Assembly: GCF_049588435.1 (NCBI RefSeq)
Contig: NZ_JBAVYV010000215.1
Span: 1-24,000 of the forward strand
Reading direction: 5' to 3'
Origin: Ilumatobacter sp.
GTDB taxonomy: Bacteria; Actinomycetota; Acidimicrobiia; Acidimicrobiales; Ilumatobacteraceae
DNA length: 24,000 nucleotides
Below are positions 7,691 to 15,321 of the stretch, piece after piece (the stretch's first letter is position 1; each line of letters begins with the position of its first letter). Below the pieces are notes generated by a model. The model saw only the letters and a list, made by a program, of their open reading frames with translations. It ran no database searches and was not told the DNA's origin. The position numbers and the translations under genes are program-made.

Positions 7691-8812
7691 GTGTACCAAC
7701 GACCCCTGCACACGCGTGTGCAGGGGTCGGTCGATCGGTTTGCCGACAGCGAGACGCTCTGGCACACACTGCTGCGGGGCGGTACCCGCGCACCGGCGTT
7801 CCGGCTGGTCCGTGCCGGTTCCACCGTGCACCGCTCCGGCGTCACCCGGCGGGCGGGGATCGGCAACCGCAGCCTCGACGACGTGGTCGATCCGAATCGC
7901 GTCGTCGATCGGTATCGCAGCGGTGACACCGTGGTGTTGCAGGGGCTGCATCACACCGACCCGGCCCTCGCCGAGTTGGCGAACAACCTGGCGCTCGCTC
8001 TCGACCAGCCGATCCAGATCAACGCGTACCTCTCGCCGCCGGGGGAGCGCGGGCTCGATGTGCACTTCGACTATCACGACGTGTTCGTCGTCCAACTTGC
8101 TGGCGCCAAGCGGTGGCGCATCTGGGAGCCATTGGAGCGGACGCGCAATCCCGTCAAAGGCCGTCACACGATCGCCGGACCGAGCCTCGACGAGTTGGGC
8201 GATCCGCTGCTCGACCTGACGCTGCGTGCCGGCGATGTGCTGTATCTGCCACGTGGCTATCCGCACGTGGCCGAGTCGCTCGACGAGCTCTCCGACCATC
8301 TCACGATCGGCTTGGTCGCGGTGACCTGGCATCGGGTCGTCCGCACAGCCGTCGATGCCGAGGTCGCGGCCGGTCGGATGTCCGCACCCCTCCCGGTCGG
8401 GTTGCTCGATCCGAGCGCCGACGTCGCCGGCGACGTCGACACCTCGCTCGGACTCGACGCCCTTCGTGAACAGTTGTCTCCCGACGTCCTCCGACACTGG
8501 CTCGCACGCGAGATCTGGCGCCGACAGCCCGCGACGAGGCTCCGACCCCGGTGTCGTCTCGAACTCGGATCCGCCGCACTGGGCTTCGCGCCGGGGCCGT
8601 TGCTGTGGCTGACGTCGGTTGGCGACCGAGTTGTGCTCGGCCTCGGTGACCGACTGCTGGACCTGCCGATCGAGGCCTACGACTTCCTGGCGGGGATGCT
8701 CGAATCCGACGCCACCTTCCGTCCGGACGAGCTCGAGGGTCTCGACGAGGCATCGCGTGACGTCGTCCTCCGACGACTGTTGAACGAGGGCGTGATCGTC
8801 CATGCCGACTGA
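7691..8812 (+). CDS. JmjC/cupin-4 family Fe(II)/2-oxoglutarate oxygenase (YcfD/RoxA-like); true start probably upstream of 7691
   Basis: Facial triad HxD...H: VHFD (His 8063-8065, Asp 8069-8071) and GYPH (His 8264-8266). Surrounding motifs DVFVVQLAGAKRWRIW and GDVLYLPRGYPH parallel E. coli YcfD. The in-frame sequence 7610-7690 encodes LADLVGDVDIFRRDVVYQRPL, which resembles the conserved N-terminus of this family. That stretch has no ATG, GTG or TTG. Confidence 0.85.
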   Translation: MYQRPLHTRVQGSVDRFADSETLWHTLLRGGTRAPAFRLVRAGSTVHRSGVTRRAGIGNRSLDDVVDPNRVVDRYRSGDTVVLQGLHHTDPALAELANNLALALDQPIQINAYLSPPGERGLDVHFDYHDVFVVQLAGAKRWRIWEPLERTRNPVKGRHTIAGPSLDELGDPLLDLTLRAGDVLYLPRGYPHVAESLDELSDHLTIGLVAVTWHRVVRTAVDAEVAAGRMSAPLPVGLLDPSADVAGDVDTSLGLDALREQLSPDVLRHWLAREIWRRQPATRLRPRCRLELGSAALGFAPGPLLWLTSVGDRVVLGLGDRLLDLPIEAYDFLAGMLESDATFRPDELEGLDEASRDVVLRRLLNEGVIVHAD

Positions 8813-9695
8813 CTTCCAGTGCGCCGTCGTCGCCGCCGATCGAGGCGAGCCGTTGTTCGCCACGGCATCGCGGGTGAGGGGCTGGCTGCTGGTCGAGGTG
8901 CGCGGGTCGTGGGGCGACGATGCCGTGCACGAGAGCAAGCTCGGTGAGCACGTCCCACAGCATTGGAAGGAACAACTCAAACGGCGCGGTCTCAGAGTCG
9001 TGTGCATCCGCACGCATGCCCGCCGCGAGATGGACGGGGTGCACCTCTTCACGTGTCCGGCGCCGCTTCCCGGAGGGGATCCCCCCGTGCTCTGGCACCG
9101 CGAGGTCGGTTCGCTCGCCGACGTCGTCGACGCGACGGAGGGGATCGGAGCCGATACCGATCCCGGAACCGACTGGACCCGACACGCGTCGCCGATCTTT
9201 CTGGTGTGCACCAACGGTCGCCACGACCAGTGCTGTGCGAACCTGGGACGACCATTGGTGCGGGCCCTGCGGGAGTCGCGGTGGGCCGAGCACGTCTGGG
9301 AGTCTTCGCACGTCGGTGGTGACCGTTTTGCCGCCAACATCGTGGCGCTGCCCCGGAGTCTCTACTTCGGACGGGTCGATCCCGTCACTGCTCCGGCACT
9401 TCTCGATGCATTGGACGAGGGCCACCTTGATCTCGAGCGGTTCCGCGGGCGGACGTCGTTGTCGATCGCCGAGCAAGCGGTCGAACACTTCGTGCGCGTG
9501 GAGTTCGGCATCGACGACATCGACGGCGTCGCGGTCGGCCGACGCAACTCCGATGGCTCGTTCCCGGTGGACCTCGGGGACCGCTCGGTCGCGGTGCGCA
9601 TCCGGCGTCGCATGACCCTCGTTGACGAACCGCTCACCTGCAGCGGACCGGCGAACCAGCAAGTGCCCACGTTTTCGCTGCGCTCGATCGAGTGA
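8802..9695 (+). CDS. Sucrase/ferredoxin-like (thioredoxin-fold, putative Fe-S binding) family protein
   Basis: Motifs IFLVCTNGRHDQCCANLG and SSHVGGDRFAANIVALP..LYFGRV are typical of the Suc_Fer-like family. ATG at 8802 overlaps the JmjC stop (8810-8812) by 11 nt. Confidence 0.85.
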   Translation: MPTDFQCAVVAADRGEPLFATASRVRGWLLVEVRGSWGDDAVHESKLGEHVPQHWKEQLKRRGLRVVCIRTHARREMDGVHLFTCPAPLPGGDPPVLWHREVGSLADVVDATEGIGADTDPGTDWTRHASPIFLVCTNGRHDQCCANLGRPLVRALRESRWAEHVWESSHVGGDRFAANIVALPRSLYFGRVDPVTAPALLDALDEGHLDLERFRGRTSLSIAEQAVEHFVRVEFGIDDIDGVAVGRRNSDGSFPVDLGDRSVAVRIRRRMTLVDEPLTCSGPANQQVPTFSLRSIE

Positions 9696-9731
9696 TGCGA
9701 CGCGAGCGCGTGTGGGGCGGTCGTGTGAACG

Positions 9732-10904
9732 TCATCTCATCGCGGTGACGACGCGTCCGACGCTGTCCATCCCGCGGCCGACGATGCGTCGATACGCGCA
9801 GGGGTCGGTGGCGCCTTCGGTGACGATGATGAGCGCTGTCGCGTTGCCCTTGTCGGGGAGATCGTCGATCGCCGATGTGTCCGAAAGGAGCGCTCGCAGC
9901 CCGGCAAGCGATGCCGCACCGGTTTCTCCCGCGACGACCGCCGCATCCGCCAGATCACGCATGGCCTGACGCGCTGCGTCGTCGTCGACGGACACGAACC
10001 AGTCGACACCAGCGGCAAGTCGGGGCCACGCGATCGGCGAGGGCATCCCGCAATTGAGACCGACCATGATCGATTCGTGCGGGCCGGGTACCTGAGTCGG
10101 GGCGCCTGCAAGTGCCGATGTCTGCACACAGTTCGCATCGAGTGGTTCGACCCCGGCGATGACGGTCGGTCCGCGGTGATCATCGCGGTAGTGCGTGACG
10201 GCAGCGGCCATGAACGCACCCACACCCATCGGCACGACTACCACATCCGGGTGGCTCAGCCCGGTCGCATCGATTGCGTGGTCGACCTCGGCGAAGATCG
10301 TGGAGTACCCGTCGATGACGTGCGCCGGTGTGGCTTCGTATCCGGGCCACGAGGTGTCGGAGACGACCAGACACCGCTCGTTCGCTTCCTGGCTGGAACG
10401 GGCGACCGCATCGTCGTAGTCACCGTCCACGACCGTGACCGTTGCGCCTTCGCTCTCCATCGCCTCGATTCGGGCCTGTGCCATTCCCGTCGGCACGAAG
10501 ATCTCTGCCTGGAACCCGAGCAGCCGGGCCATGAACGCGACGGCGCGCCCGTGGTTTCCGTCGGTCGCGGTCGCGAGCTCGAACGGCTTGAGGTGTGCGA
10601 ATTCGGCTGCGAGATCGTTGATGTTCTCCCACGGGCCGGGTTCACGGCCCATGTGTGCGCAGATGGCCTGATATGTCGCCCACGACGCACCCAGGATCTT
10701 GAACGACGGCAGTCCCATCCGTCGCGTCTCGGTCTTGATCAGCAGCCGGCCGATTCCGAGATCGGCGGCGAGGTCCGGTGCGTCGAACAGCAGGCTCGGG
10801 TCGTAGGCCGGCATGCGGCGGTGGAAGTCGGCGACAGCGGTCGGGGCGGGTGGCCAGGATCGCGCCTCGCGCATCGGGTTGCGCGTCACGGTTGCGGTTG
10901 TCAC
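9732..10904 (-). CDS. PLP-dependent enzyme of the diaminopropionate ammonia-lyase family (fold type II)
   Basis: 390 aa. The N-terminal part parallels E. coli YgeX/DpaL (FH..., then TETRRMGLPSFKILGASWA with the PLP lysine). GTG at 10904-10902 is preceded by GGGAGAG. Confidence 0.85.
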   Translation of the reverse strand: MTTATVTRNPMREARSWPPAPTAVADFHRRMPAYDPSLLFDAPDLAADLGIGRLLIKTETRRMGLPSFKILGASWATYQAICAHMGREPGPWENINDLAAEFAHLKPFELATATDGNHGRAVAFMARLLGFQAEIFVPTGMAQARIEAMESEGATVTVVDGDYDDAVARSSQEANERCLVVSDTSWPGYEATPAHVIDGYSTIFAEVDHAIDATGLSHPDVVVVPMGVGAFMAAAVTHYRDDHRGPTVIAGVEPLDANCVQTSALAGAPTQVPGPHESIMVGLNCGMPSPIAWPRLAAGVDWFVSVDDDAARQAMRDLADAAVVAGETGAASLAGLRALLSDTSAIDDLPDKGNATALIIVTEGATDPCAYRRIVGRGMDSVGRVVTAMR

Positions 10905-11050
10905 TGTGCTCTCCCGAGCGCGTCCATGGTCATGCGGATCACTGTACGTGGGGTGTCTCGACCACTCGACGAACAGGTCGTATCGGTCTCCCTGCCTAGG
11001 TTTCGATCACGACCCTGCTGGCCATGATCGCTGCCGCTCCCGAGATTCTT

Positions 11051-11111
11051 GTCGCGCATTTCGTCGCCGGTCGCACGGTTTCGCGACGAGAACGCTGGAT
11101 CACCGGGTGAA
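11051..11111 (+). repeat. Copy 1 of a 59-61 nt near-identical direct repeat (second copy at 20637-20697)
   Basis: gtcgcgcatttcgtcgccggTcgcacggtttcgcgacgagaacgctggatcaccgggtgAa. There is 58/59 identity over the core and 59/61 when extended. It contains a potential hairpin, TCGTCGC-N15-GCGACGA. A shared CCGCTC lies immediately 5' in copy 2 and 11 nt further 5' in copy 1. Confidence 0.9.
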
Positions 11112-11320
11112 ACTGTCGACCGGCGAGGTGAGCAGCTGCATCCCTCCGGACATCGCGTTCCTGGTCTCGTTCCCCGCCACCAGCAACAGGACGAGGAACC
11201 TGATCAGCTCGTCGGTGGCATCTCGGTGACCGCAATCCCGTCACCGTCCGGTGCATCGTCGGTTGCATCCACGCGCTCGATCAGCGTGCCGGCATCCGTG
11301 CCGCCGACGAGGATGCTCAC
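11100..11320 (-). pseudogene. Cytochrome P450 relic (I-helix region), frameshifted and truncated at both ends
   Basis: Minus-strand frame 11219-11100 reads ATDELIRFLVLLLVAGNETRNAMSGGMQLL. This is the P450 I-helix signature AGxETT with one Thr missing. A different frame at 11320-11204 reads (D)LVSILVGG..., like the segment preceding the I-helix. There is no N-terminal part and no heme-binding FxxGxHxCxG. Flanking genes leave no room for a full P450. Confidence 0.5.
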
Positions 11321-11428
11321 GAGGTCGCTGCGCGGACCGGACGGTAGCCCGGAACATCCGAAGGCACCTTCGGCGCTTGAGGTTTCATCGGGACAGCCGG
11401 CGACAGCCGATCGTCCAGCGGTTGTCGG

Positions 11429-12346
11429 TCAGACGAGGGGTGCGAAGCCCGTCTCGGCGAGTAGCTGAGCGATGAGTTCGTTGCCCTTGTCCGATGGGTG
11501 CGTGTAGTCCTCTGCGAGTAGATCGCTCGACGGTGCGGATCCGTCGGGGCCATTGAAGGCGTGGTACACGTCGACACAGGTGAATCCGTTCGAGCTGGCC
11601 GCGTCGCACAGCATCGTGTTCCAGGCGTCGAGAAAGCTGACGGTCGTCGCTTCCTGGTCGGGGGTCAAGTTGGCGTCGCTCCAGCCGAGCCAGTCGCTGT
11701 AGCGGTTGATCGTGAGGAGCACCGTTGGTTCGCCCGCCCGCCAGTTCGCGATCGTCGAGAACAGTTCCTCGTACTGCGTCCGATAGCTCTCCGCGGACGC
11801 AGTGGCGCAGTCGTCGGTCAGTTTGGTCCAGTCGTCGAACGTGTTGTTGGCGTCGACCCAGTTGCTCCCGCACGGATGGTCCTCGTTGAGTGCGATCGAG
11901 TTGTGGGCGATCCCGACGATGATCGCGTCGGCGTCGCGGAGGTCATCCTCGAAGGTGTTCAGTTCACCGATCAACATTGGCAGCGTCAGTCCGTCGTGCT
12001 GCGACCGGTTGTCTGCATCGACGGTTCGCCCGGTGGCCGTCGCGAGTGCGTCGGCATATCGATCGACGAAGCCATCGCAGCCCGGACAGTCCTCGGGGCT
12101 GTTGTACGGGATCGAGTCCCCGATCACCACGAGATGCACACCTGCGTCGGGGTCGGCATCGCCATTGCTGGCGTTTGTCGAGGTGGCGTCGACGGTCGGC
12201 TCGGTCGGGGCTGCACCGTCCGATGGGGCCGTAGCGGTGTCCGCCTCGGTCGGAGTTGACGTCTTTCCGGCTTCGGTGCCGCATCCGCAGACGATCAACG
12301 TTGCGGTTGCAACGGCAGCGCCGAGGCGGATCGTTCGTTGGCCCAT
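11429..12346 (-). CDS. SGNH/GDSL-family hydrolase, probable lipoprotein
   Basis: 305 aa from ATG 12346-12344. Signal peptide with a Cys-containing lipobox-like LIVCGC. Block I is VVIGDSIP and block V is DYTHPSDKGNELIA. The upstream part of track ORF 11429..12628 is a low-complexity extension. Confidence 0.85.
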   Translation of the reverse strand: MGQRTIRLGAAVATATLIVCGCGTEAGKTSTPTEADTATAPSDGAAPTEPTVDATSTNASNGDADPDAGVHLVVIGDSIPYNSPEDCPGCDGFVDRYADALATATGRTVDADNRSQHDGLTLPMLIGELNTFEDDLRDADAIIVGIAHNSIALNEDHPCGSNWVDANNTFDDWTKLTDDCATASAESYRTQYEELFSTIANWRAGEPTVLLTINRYSDWLGWSDANLTPDQEATTVSFLDAWNTMLCDAASSNGFTCVDVYHAFNGPDGSAPSSDLLAEDYTHPSDKGNELIAQLLAETGFAPLV

Positions 12347-12435
12347 GATCTGGTCCCATTCTCGAGTCGGCGGTTGGGTCGGGAGGCGTACGGCCTGTGG
12401 CTGGATCGTCGGACGGTGGAGGGCGTTGCGACTCG

Positions 12436-12897
12436 CTACGCCTGGTCGGTGTGTGAGATGACGCGTCGCCCATAGCCGGATCGGTTGCTCTGGTCGAGGC
12501 CGTGGTGCTCGCGGCTGTAGAGGTGGATCTCGAAGCCATCGGGATCGGTGACGATGACCATCCGTCCGATGGTGGCGTCGATCTTCGGTGAGTGAGCGAC
12601 CATCAGATCGTCGAGACGAGTCACCCACCGGTCGAGTTCGTCGTCGTCGCTCACACCGAGGTTGAAGAGATTCGACCCGCGGAGTTGCTCGGCGAGCGCC
12701 GGGTCGGCACGAAGTGCGAGGAATGTTTCATCGACGCCGACGAGGTGTCCTGCGATCCCACGTACCACACCATCGTCGTCGGGGAACTCGACGTCGACGA
12801 CGTACCCGAACGTGCGTTGGTACCAGGTTCGGCTGCGCTCGACGTCACGTACCGGCACCTTGATCGAGTAGATCCCGCTCAGTCGAAGCTCATTCAT
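12436..12897 (-). CDS. VOC (glyoxalase/bleomycin-resistance/dioxygenase) superfamily protein
   Basis: 153 aa. Paired beta-alpha-beta-beta-beta-type sequence (IYSIKVPVRDVERSRTWY...FGY; MVIVTDPDGFEIHLY). ATG at 12897-12895. Confidence 0.8.
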   Translation of the reverse strand: MNELRLSGIYSIKVPVRDVERSRTWYQRTFGYVVDVEFPDDDGVVRGIAGHLVGVDETFLALRADPALAEQLRGSNLFNLGVSDDDELDRWVTRLDDLMVAHSPKIDATIGRMVIVTDPDGFEIHLYSREHHGLDQSNRSGYGRRVISHTDQA

Positions 12898-12922
12898 CGA
12901 ATCACGACCTCATCAACTTTGT

Positions 12923-12939
12923 CCGCAGTGTGACTGCGG
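12923..12939. promoter_or_regulatory. Perfect 7-bp inverted repeat CCGCAGT-gtg-ACTGCGG, candidate TetR operator, followed by a TAGAAT -10-like hexamer (12940-12945)
   Basis: It lies in the 57-bp divergent intergenic region between the VOC (-) and TetR (+) genes. The -10-like box sits 9 nt before ATG 12955, so the TetR mRNA would be leaderless or nearly so. Confidence 0.5.
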
Positions 12940-12954
12940 TAGAATGGTTTCATC

Positions 12955-13599
12955 ATGAACGACGACATCGGTCCCGTCAAGAGGCAGTACCGCCAGAGCG
13001 AACGAGCCGAGCGCACTGCCGAGACACGAGCGAGGATCAGGACTGCCGCCGCTTCGTTGTTCCTCGACCGTGGGTTCGTCGCCGCGTCGATGAAACAGAT
13101 TGCCAAGAGCGCAGGAGTCGGTGAACGAACCCTGTACGACGCCTTCCCGACCAAGACCGCGCTCTTCGAACATGTCGTCGGTGTTGCGATCGCCGGTGAC
13201 GAACGACCGATCCCCGTCGCCGAGCGACCGGAGTTCGCGAAGGCGCTCGCAGAACACGACCTCGGCGCTGCCATCGCCGAATTCGCGAACTACGCCACGG
13301 AGATTCTCGAACGATCCGGTGCGCTCATCATGGTCGCCGTCGAATCCGCCGGTGCCGACCCGACGATGTGTCACTTCGCCGACCGCGGGGCGGCGGCGAC
13401 TCGAGACAACGCCGCCCGCTTCGTCGAACACCTCTCGAGTGACGGTCCGCTGTCGCCCGATGCCGCTGACACCGTCTTCGCACTGGTGTCCCCGCACGTG
13501 CACCAGCTCCTCCGTCACGGTTCCGGGTTCACCGCCGACGAATACCGCTGCTGGCTCACTCGCTCCATCGCTGCGCTGATCATCCTCGACAACGATTGA
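12955..13599 (+). CDS. TetR/AcrR family transcriptional regulator
   Basis: N-terminal HTH region: TRARIRTAAASLFLDRGFVAASMKQIAKSAGVGERTLYDAFPTKTALF. Length 214 aa. Confidence 0.9.
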   Translation: MNDDIGPVKRQYRQSERAERTAETRARIRTAAASLFLDRGFVAASMKQIAKSAGVGERTLYDAFPTKTALFEHVVGVAIAGDERPIPVAERPEFAKALAEHDLGAAIAEFANYATEILERSGALIMVAVESAGADPTMCHFADRGAAATRDNAARFVEHLSSDGPLSPDAADTVFALVSPHVHQLLRHGSGFTADEYRCWLTRSIAALIILDND

Positions 13600-13603
13600 C
13601 CCG

Positions 13604-13623
13604 CTCTCGTCCCATCACGAGAG
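13604..13623 (+). terminator. Hairpin CTCTCGT-cccatc-ACGAGAG 5 nt after the TetR stop
   Basis: 7-bp stem and 6-nt loop between convergent genes. No U-tract. Confidence 0.3.
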
Positions 13624-13675
13624 GCCTGGCTGGTAGGGCTCGGTTGAGCAGCAGCGGGTCCGCATGAGCCCAGTG

Positions 13676-15223
13676 TCATGTCGGAAGGTCGAATCGTTGG
13701 ACGACGTTGAAGGTCTCGTGGGTGACCCAGAGTGACCCGTCCTCGACGGCGACACCGTTGACGTCGAGGGGTGTGATCGTGTCGACCACTTCGTACGTGG
13801 TCGCATCGACGACCAGGACATCGTTCGGAAATCCATCCTTCGTGGGGATGAAGATCGACGATCCGTCGGTCGCGATTCCTCCGCCGTGGGCGATCCGACC
13901 GAGGTCGTGGGTCGAGGCGACGGTCCACCCGTCACGATCGACGACCACCGCGGTTGAGTTGAAGTTGCCGGCGAAGAACACGACGTCGTCGAAGATCGCA
14001 GGTGCCAGGACGTCGACCGGCAGTGCCAACGTCGCGAGCAACTCGTTGGTCGTGGGATCGATGAAGGCGGCCATCGGTTCCCTCGTAGCGCCGGGCGCGT
14101 CGTCGTAGACCCAGGCGACCACGAGGTCCTCGGTCGCGGAGACGACGTCGCAGTCGATTCCGATGTCGACCGTGGCGACCCGTTCGACCGTGGTCGGGTC
14201 GTAGCGGTGGAGTAGTTGTCCGTCGCAGACCCACATTGCGCCATCGGTTGCCCAGTTGCGATTCGCGAACGCTCCGACGTCGGATTTGGCGAGCGTTGCA
14301 TCGATCGTGTTCGTCGCCGGGTCGATGCGAACGAACGCGTCGCGTGTGCGTGCCCAGATGCGTTCGTCAGCCCGTTGCACTTTGAGCAGCCCCTCTCCCA
14401 CGTTGATCCTGGCGAGTACCTCGCCGGTCCTTGGGTCGAGCCGGACGACGTCGCCCGTGGCGAACTCGCTGACCCAGACGGAACCGAGCCCGGTCGCGAT
14501 CTGCGCGGCCTGCCCCTCGAGCACCACACTGAGGTCAGCAGATGCCCCGCGGTCGGAATCGGCGGTGGCACAGGTGGCCCCCATCAGTGCGAATCGTGCG
14601 GCATTGCCGGTCAGCACACCGATATGTGTGTCGATCGCAGCCTCGGCGGTGGCCACGTCGCCCGACGCGATCGCTTCCTCGGCATCGGCGAGCGCAGATT
14701 CCGCAAGTCCACCCATCCGAACGACCTCGTCGAACTGTGAGTGCAGGTCGTCGGGCGGCTTGATCTGAGTGACCGCGAGGTCGTCGGCTGTCGAGCGCAG
14801 GACGTCGACTTGCACGCGAGCGGTTTCGATGGTGCCATCATTCGCCGGCAGGCTGCCCACCGATGCACCGTAGGGACCGCAATAGGCGTCGACAGCGGTC
14901 CGGAACTGTTGCATCGTGACGCCAGTCGCGGCCGCCACCTGGTCGCCAACTGTGCCCGACGGTTCGGTGGCCGAGGGTTCCGGGCGGGTCGGTTCCGAGG
15001 TGACCGATTCGGCCGTGGTCGGTTCGGTCGCAACGGGTTGCGTCGTCGACGGCCTCGCCACGGCTGACTGACTCGTGGCGGCACCGGTCTCCGGCGAGGC
15101 ATCGTCGTCGCTCGCGCACGCTCCGACGACGACCGCGATCGTGCAGGCCACGACCATGATTCCGAGGGCGTCGGGTCCGCTGAACAGACGGCGGGTTCGG
15201 GGAAGGGTTCGGTTCCTGTGCAT
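13676..15223 (-). CDS. Secreted lipoprotein (Tat-like RTRRLF motif, lipobox VVGAC) with a helical middle region and a C-terminal beta-propeller (Vgb/NHL/YVTN-like repeats)
   Basis: ATG at 15223-15221 is preceded by AAGGAG at optimal spacing. There is a Pro/Thr/Ser/Glu-rich (PTSE) linker. Recurrent blades have the form V.R.DP.TGEV / F.RIDPATN / FIDPTTNEL / VVDATTYEV. Confidence 0.8.
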   Translation of the reverse strand: MHRNRTLPRTRRLFSGPDALGIMVVACTIAVVVGACASDDDASPETGAATSQSAVARPSTTQPVATEPTTAESVTSEPTRPEPSATEPSGTVGDQVAAATGVTMQQFRTAVDAYCGPYGASVGSLPANDGTIETARVQVDVLRSTADDLAVTQIKPPDDLHSQFDEVVRMGGLAESALADAEEAIASGDVATAEAAIDTHIGVLTGNAARFALMGATCATADSDRGASADLSVVLEGQAAQIATGLGSVWVSEFATGDVVRLDPRTGEVLARINVGEGLLKVQRADERIWARTRDAFVRIDPATNTIDATLAKSDVGAFANRNWATDGAMWVCDGQLLHRYDPTTVERVATVDIGIDCDVVSATEDLVVAWVYDDAPGATREPMAAFIDPTTNELLATLALPVDVLAPAIFDDVVFFAGNFNSTAVVVDRDGWTVASTHDLGRIAHGGGIATDGSSIFIPTKDGFPNDVLVVDATTYEVVDTITPLDVNGVAVEDGSLWVTHETFNVVQRFDLPT

Positions 15224-15289
15224 GAGTGGCTCCTTGTGAGATCACGGCGGGAGCGCCGGTCGCAGCATCGAATGCACGGGCCCGTTGTC

Positions 15290-15321
15290 GTTCTGCAACA
15301 GCTGTCTCGTTGTTGCAGAAC
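15290..15321. promoter_or_regulatory. Perfect 11-bp inverted repeat GTTCTGCAACA-N10-TGTTGCAGAAC, with a third CTGCAAC at 15321-15327
   Basis: It lies in the 156-bp divergent region between the lipoprotein gene (start 15223) and the SARP-kinase-STAND gene (start 15380). The arms extend imperfectly (CGTTGTC / TGCAACCG). Confidence 0.5.

Noticed and set aside
7520-9340. 606-aa minus-strand ORF, together with 8301..9662 (453 aa) and 7203..7929 ORFs
   Set aside because: These are antisense shadows of the JmjC and sucrase/ferredoxin-like genes. They are Arg/Pro/Ser-rich and low in complexity, with no recognisable motifs. The plus-strand genes have clear catalytic motifs and better codon bias.
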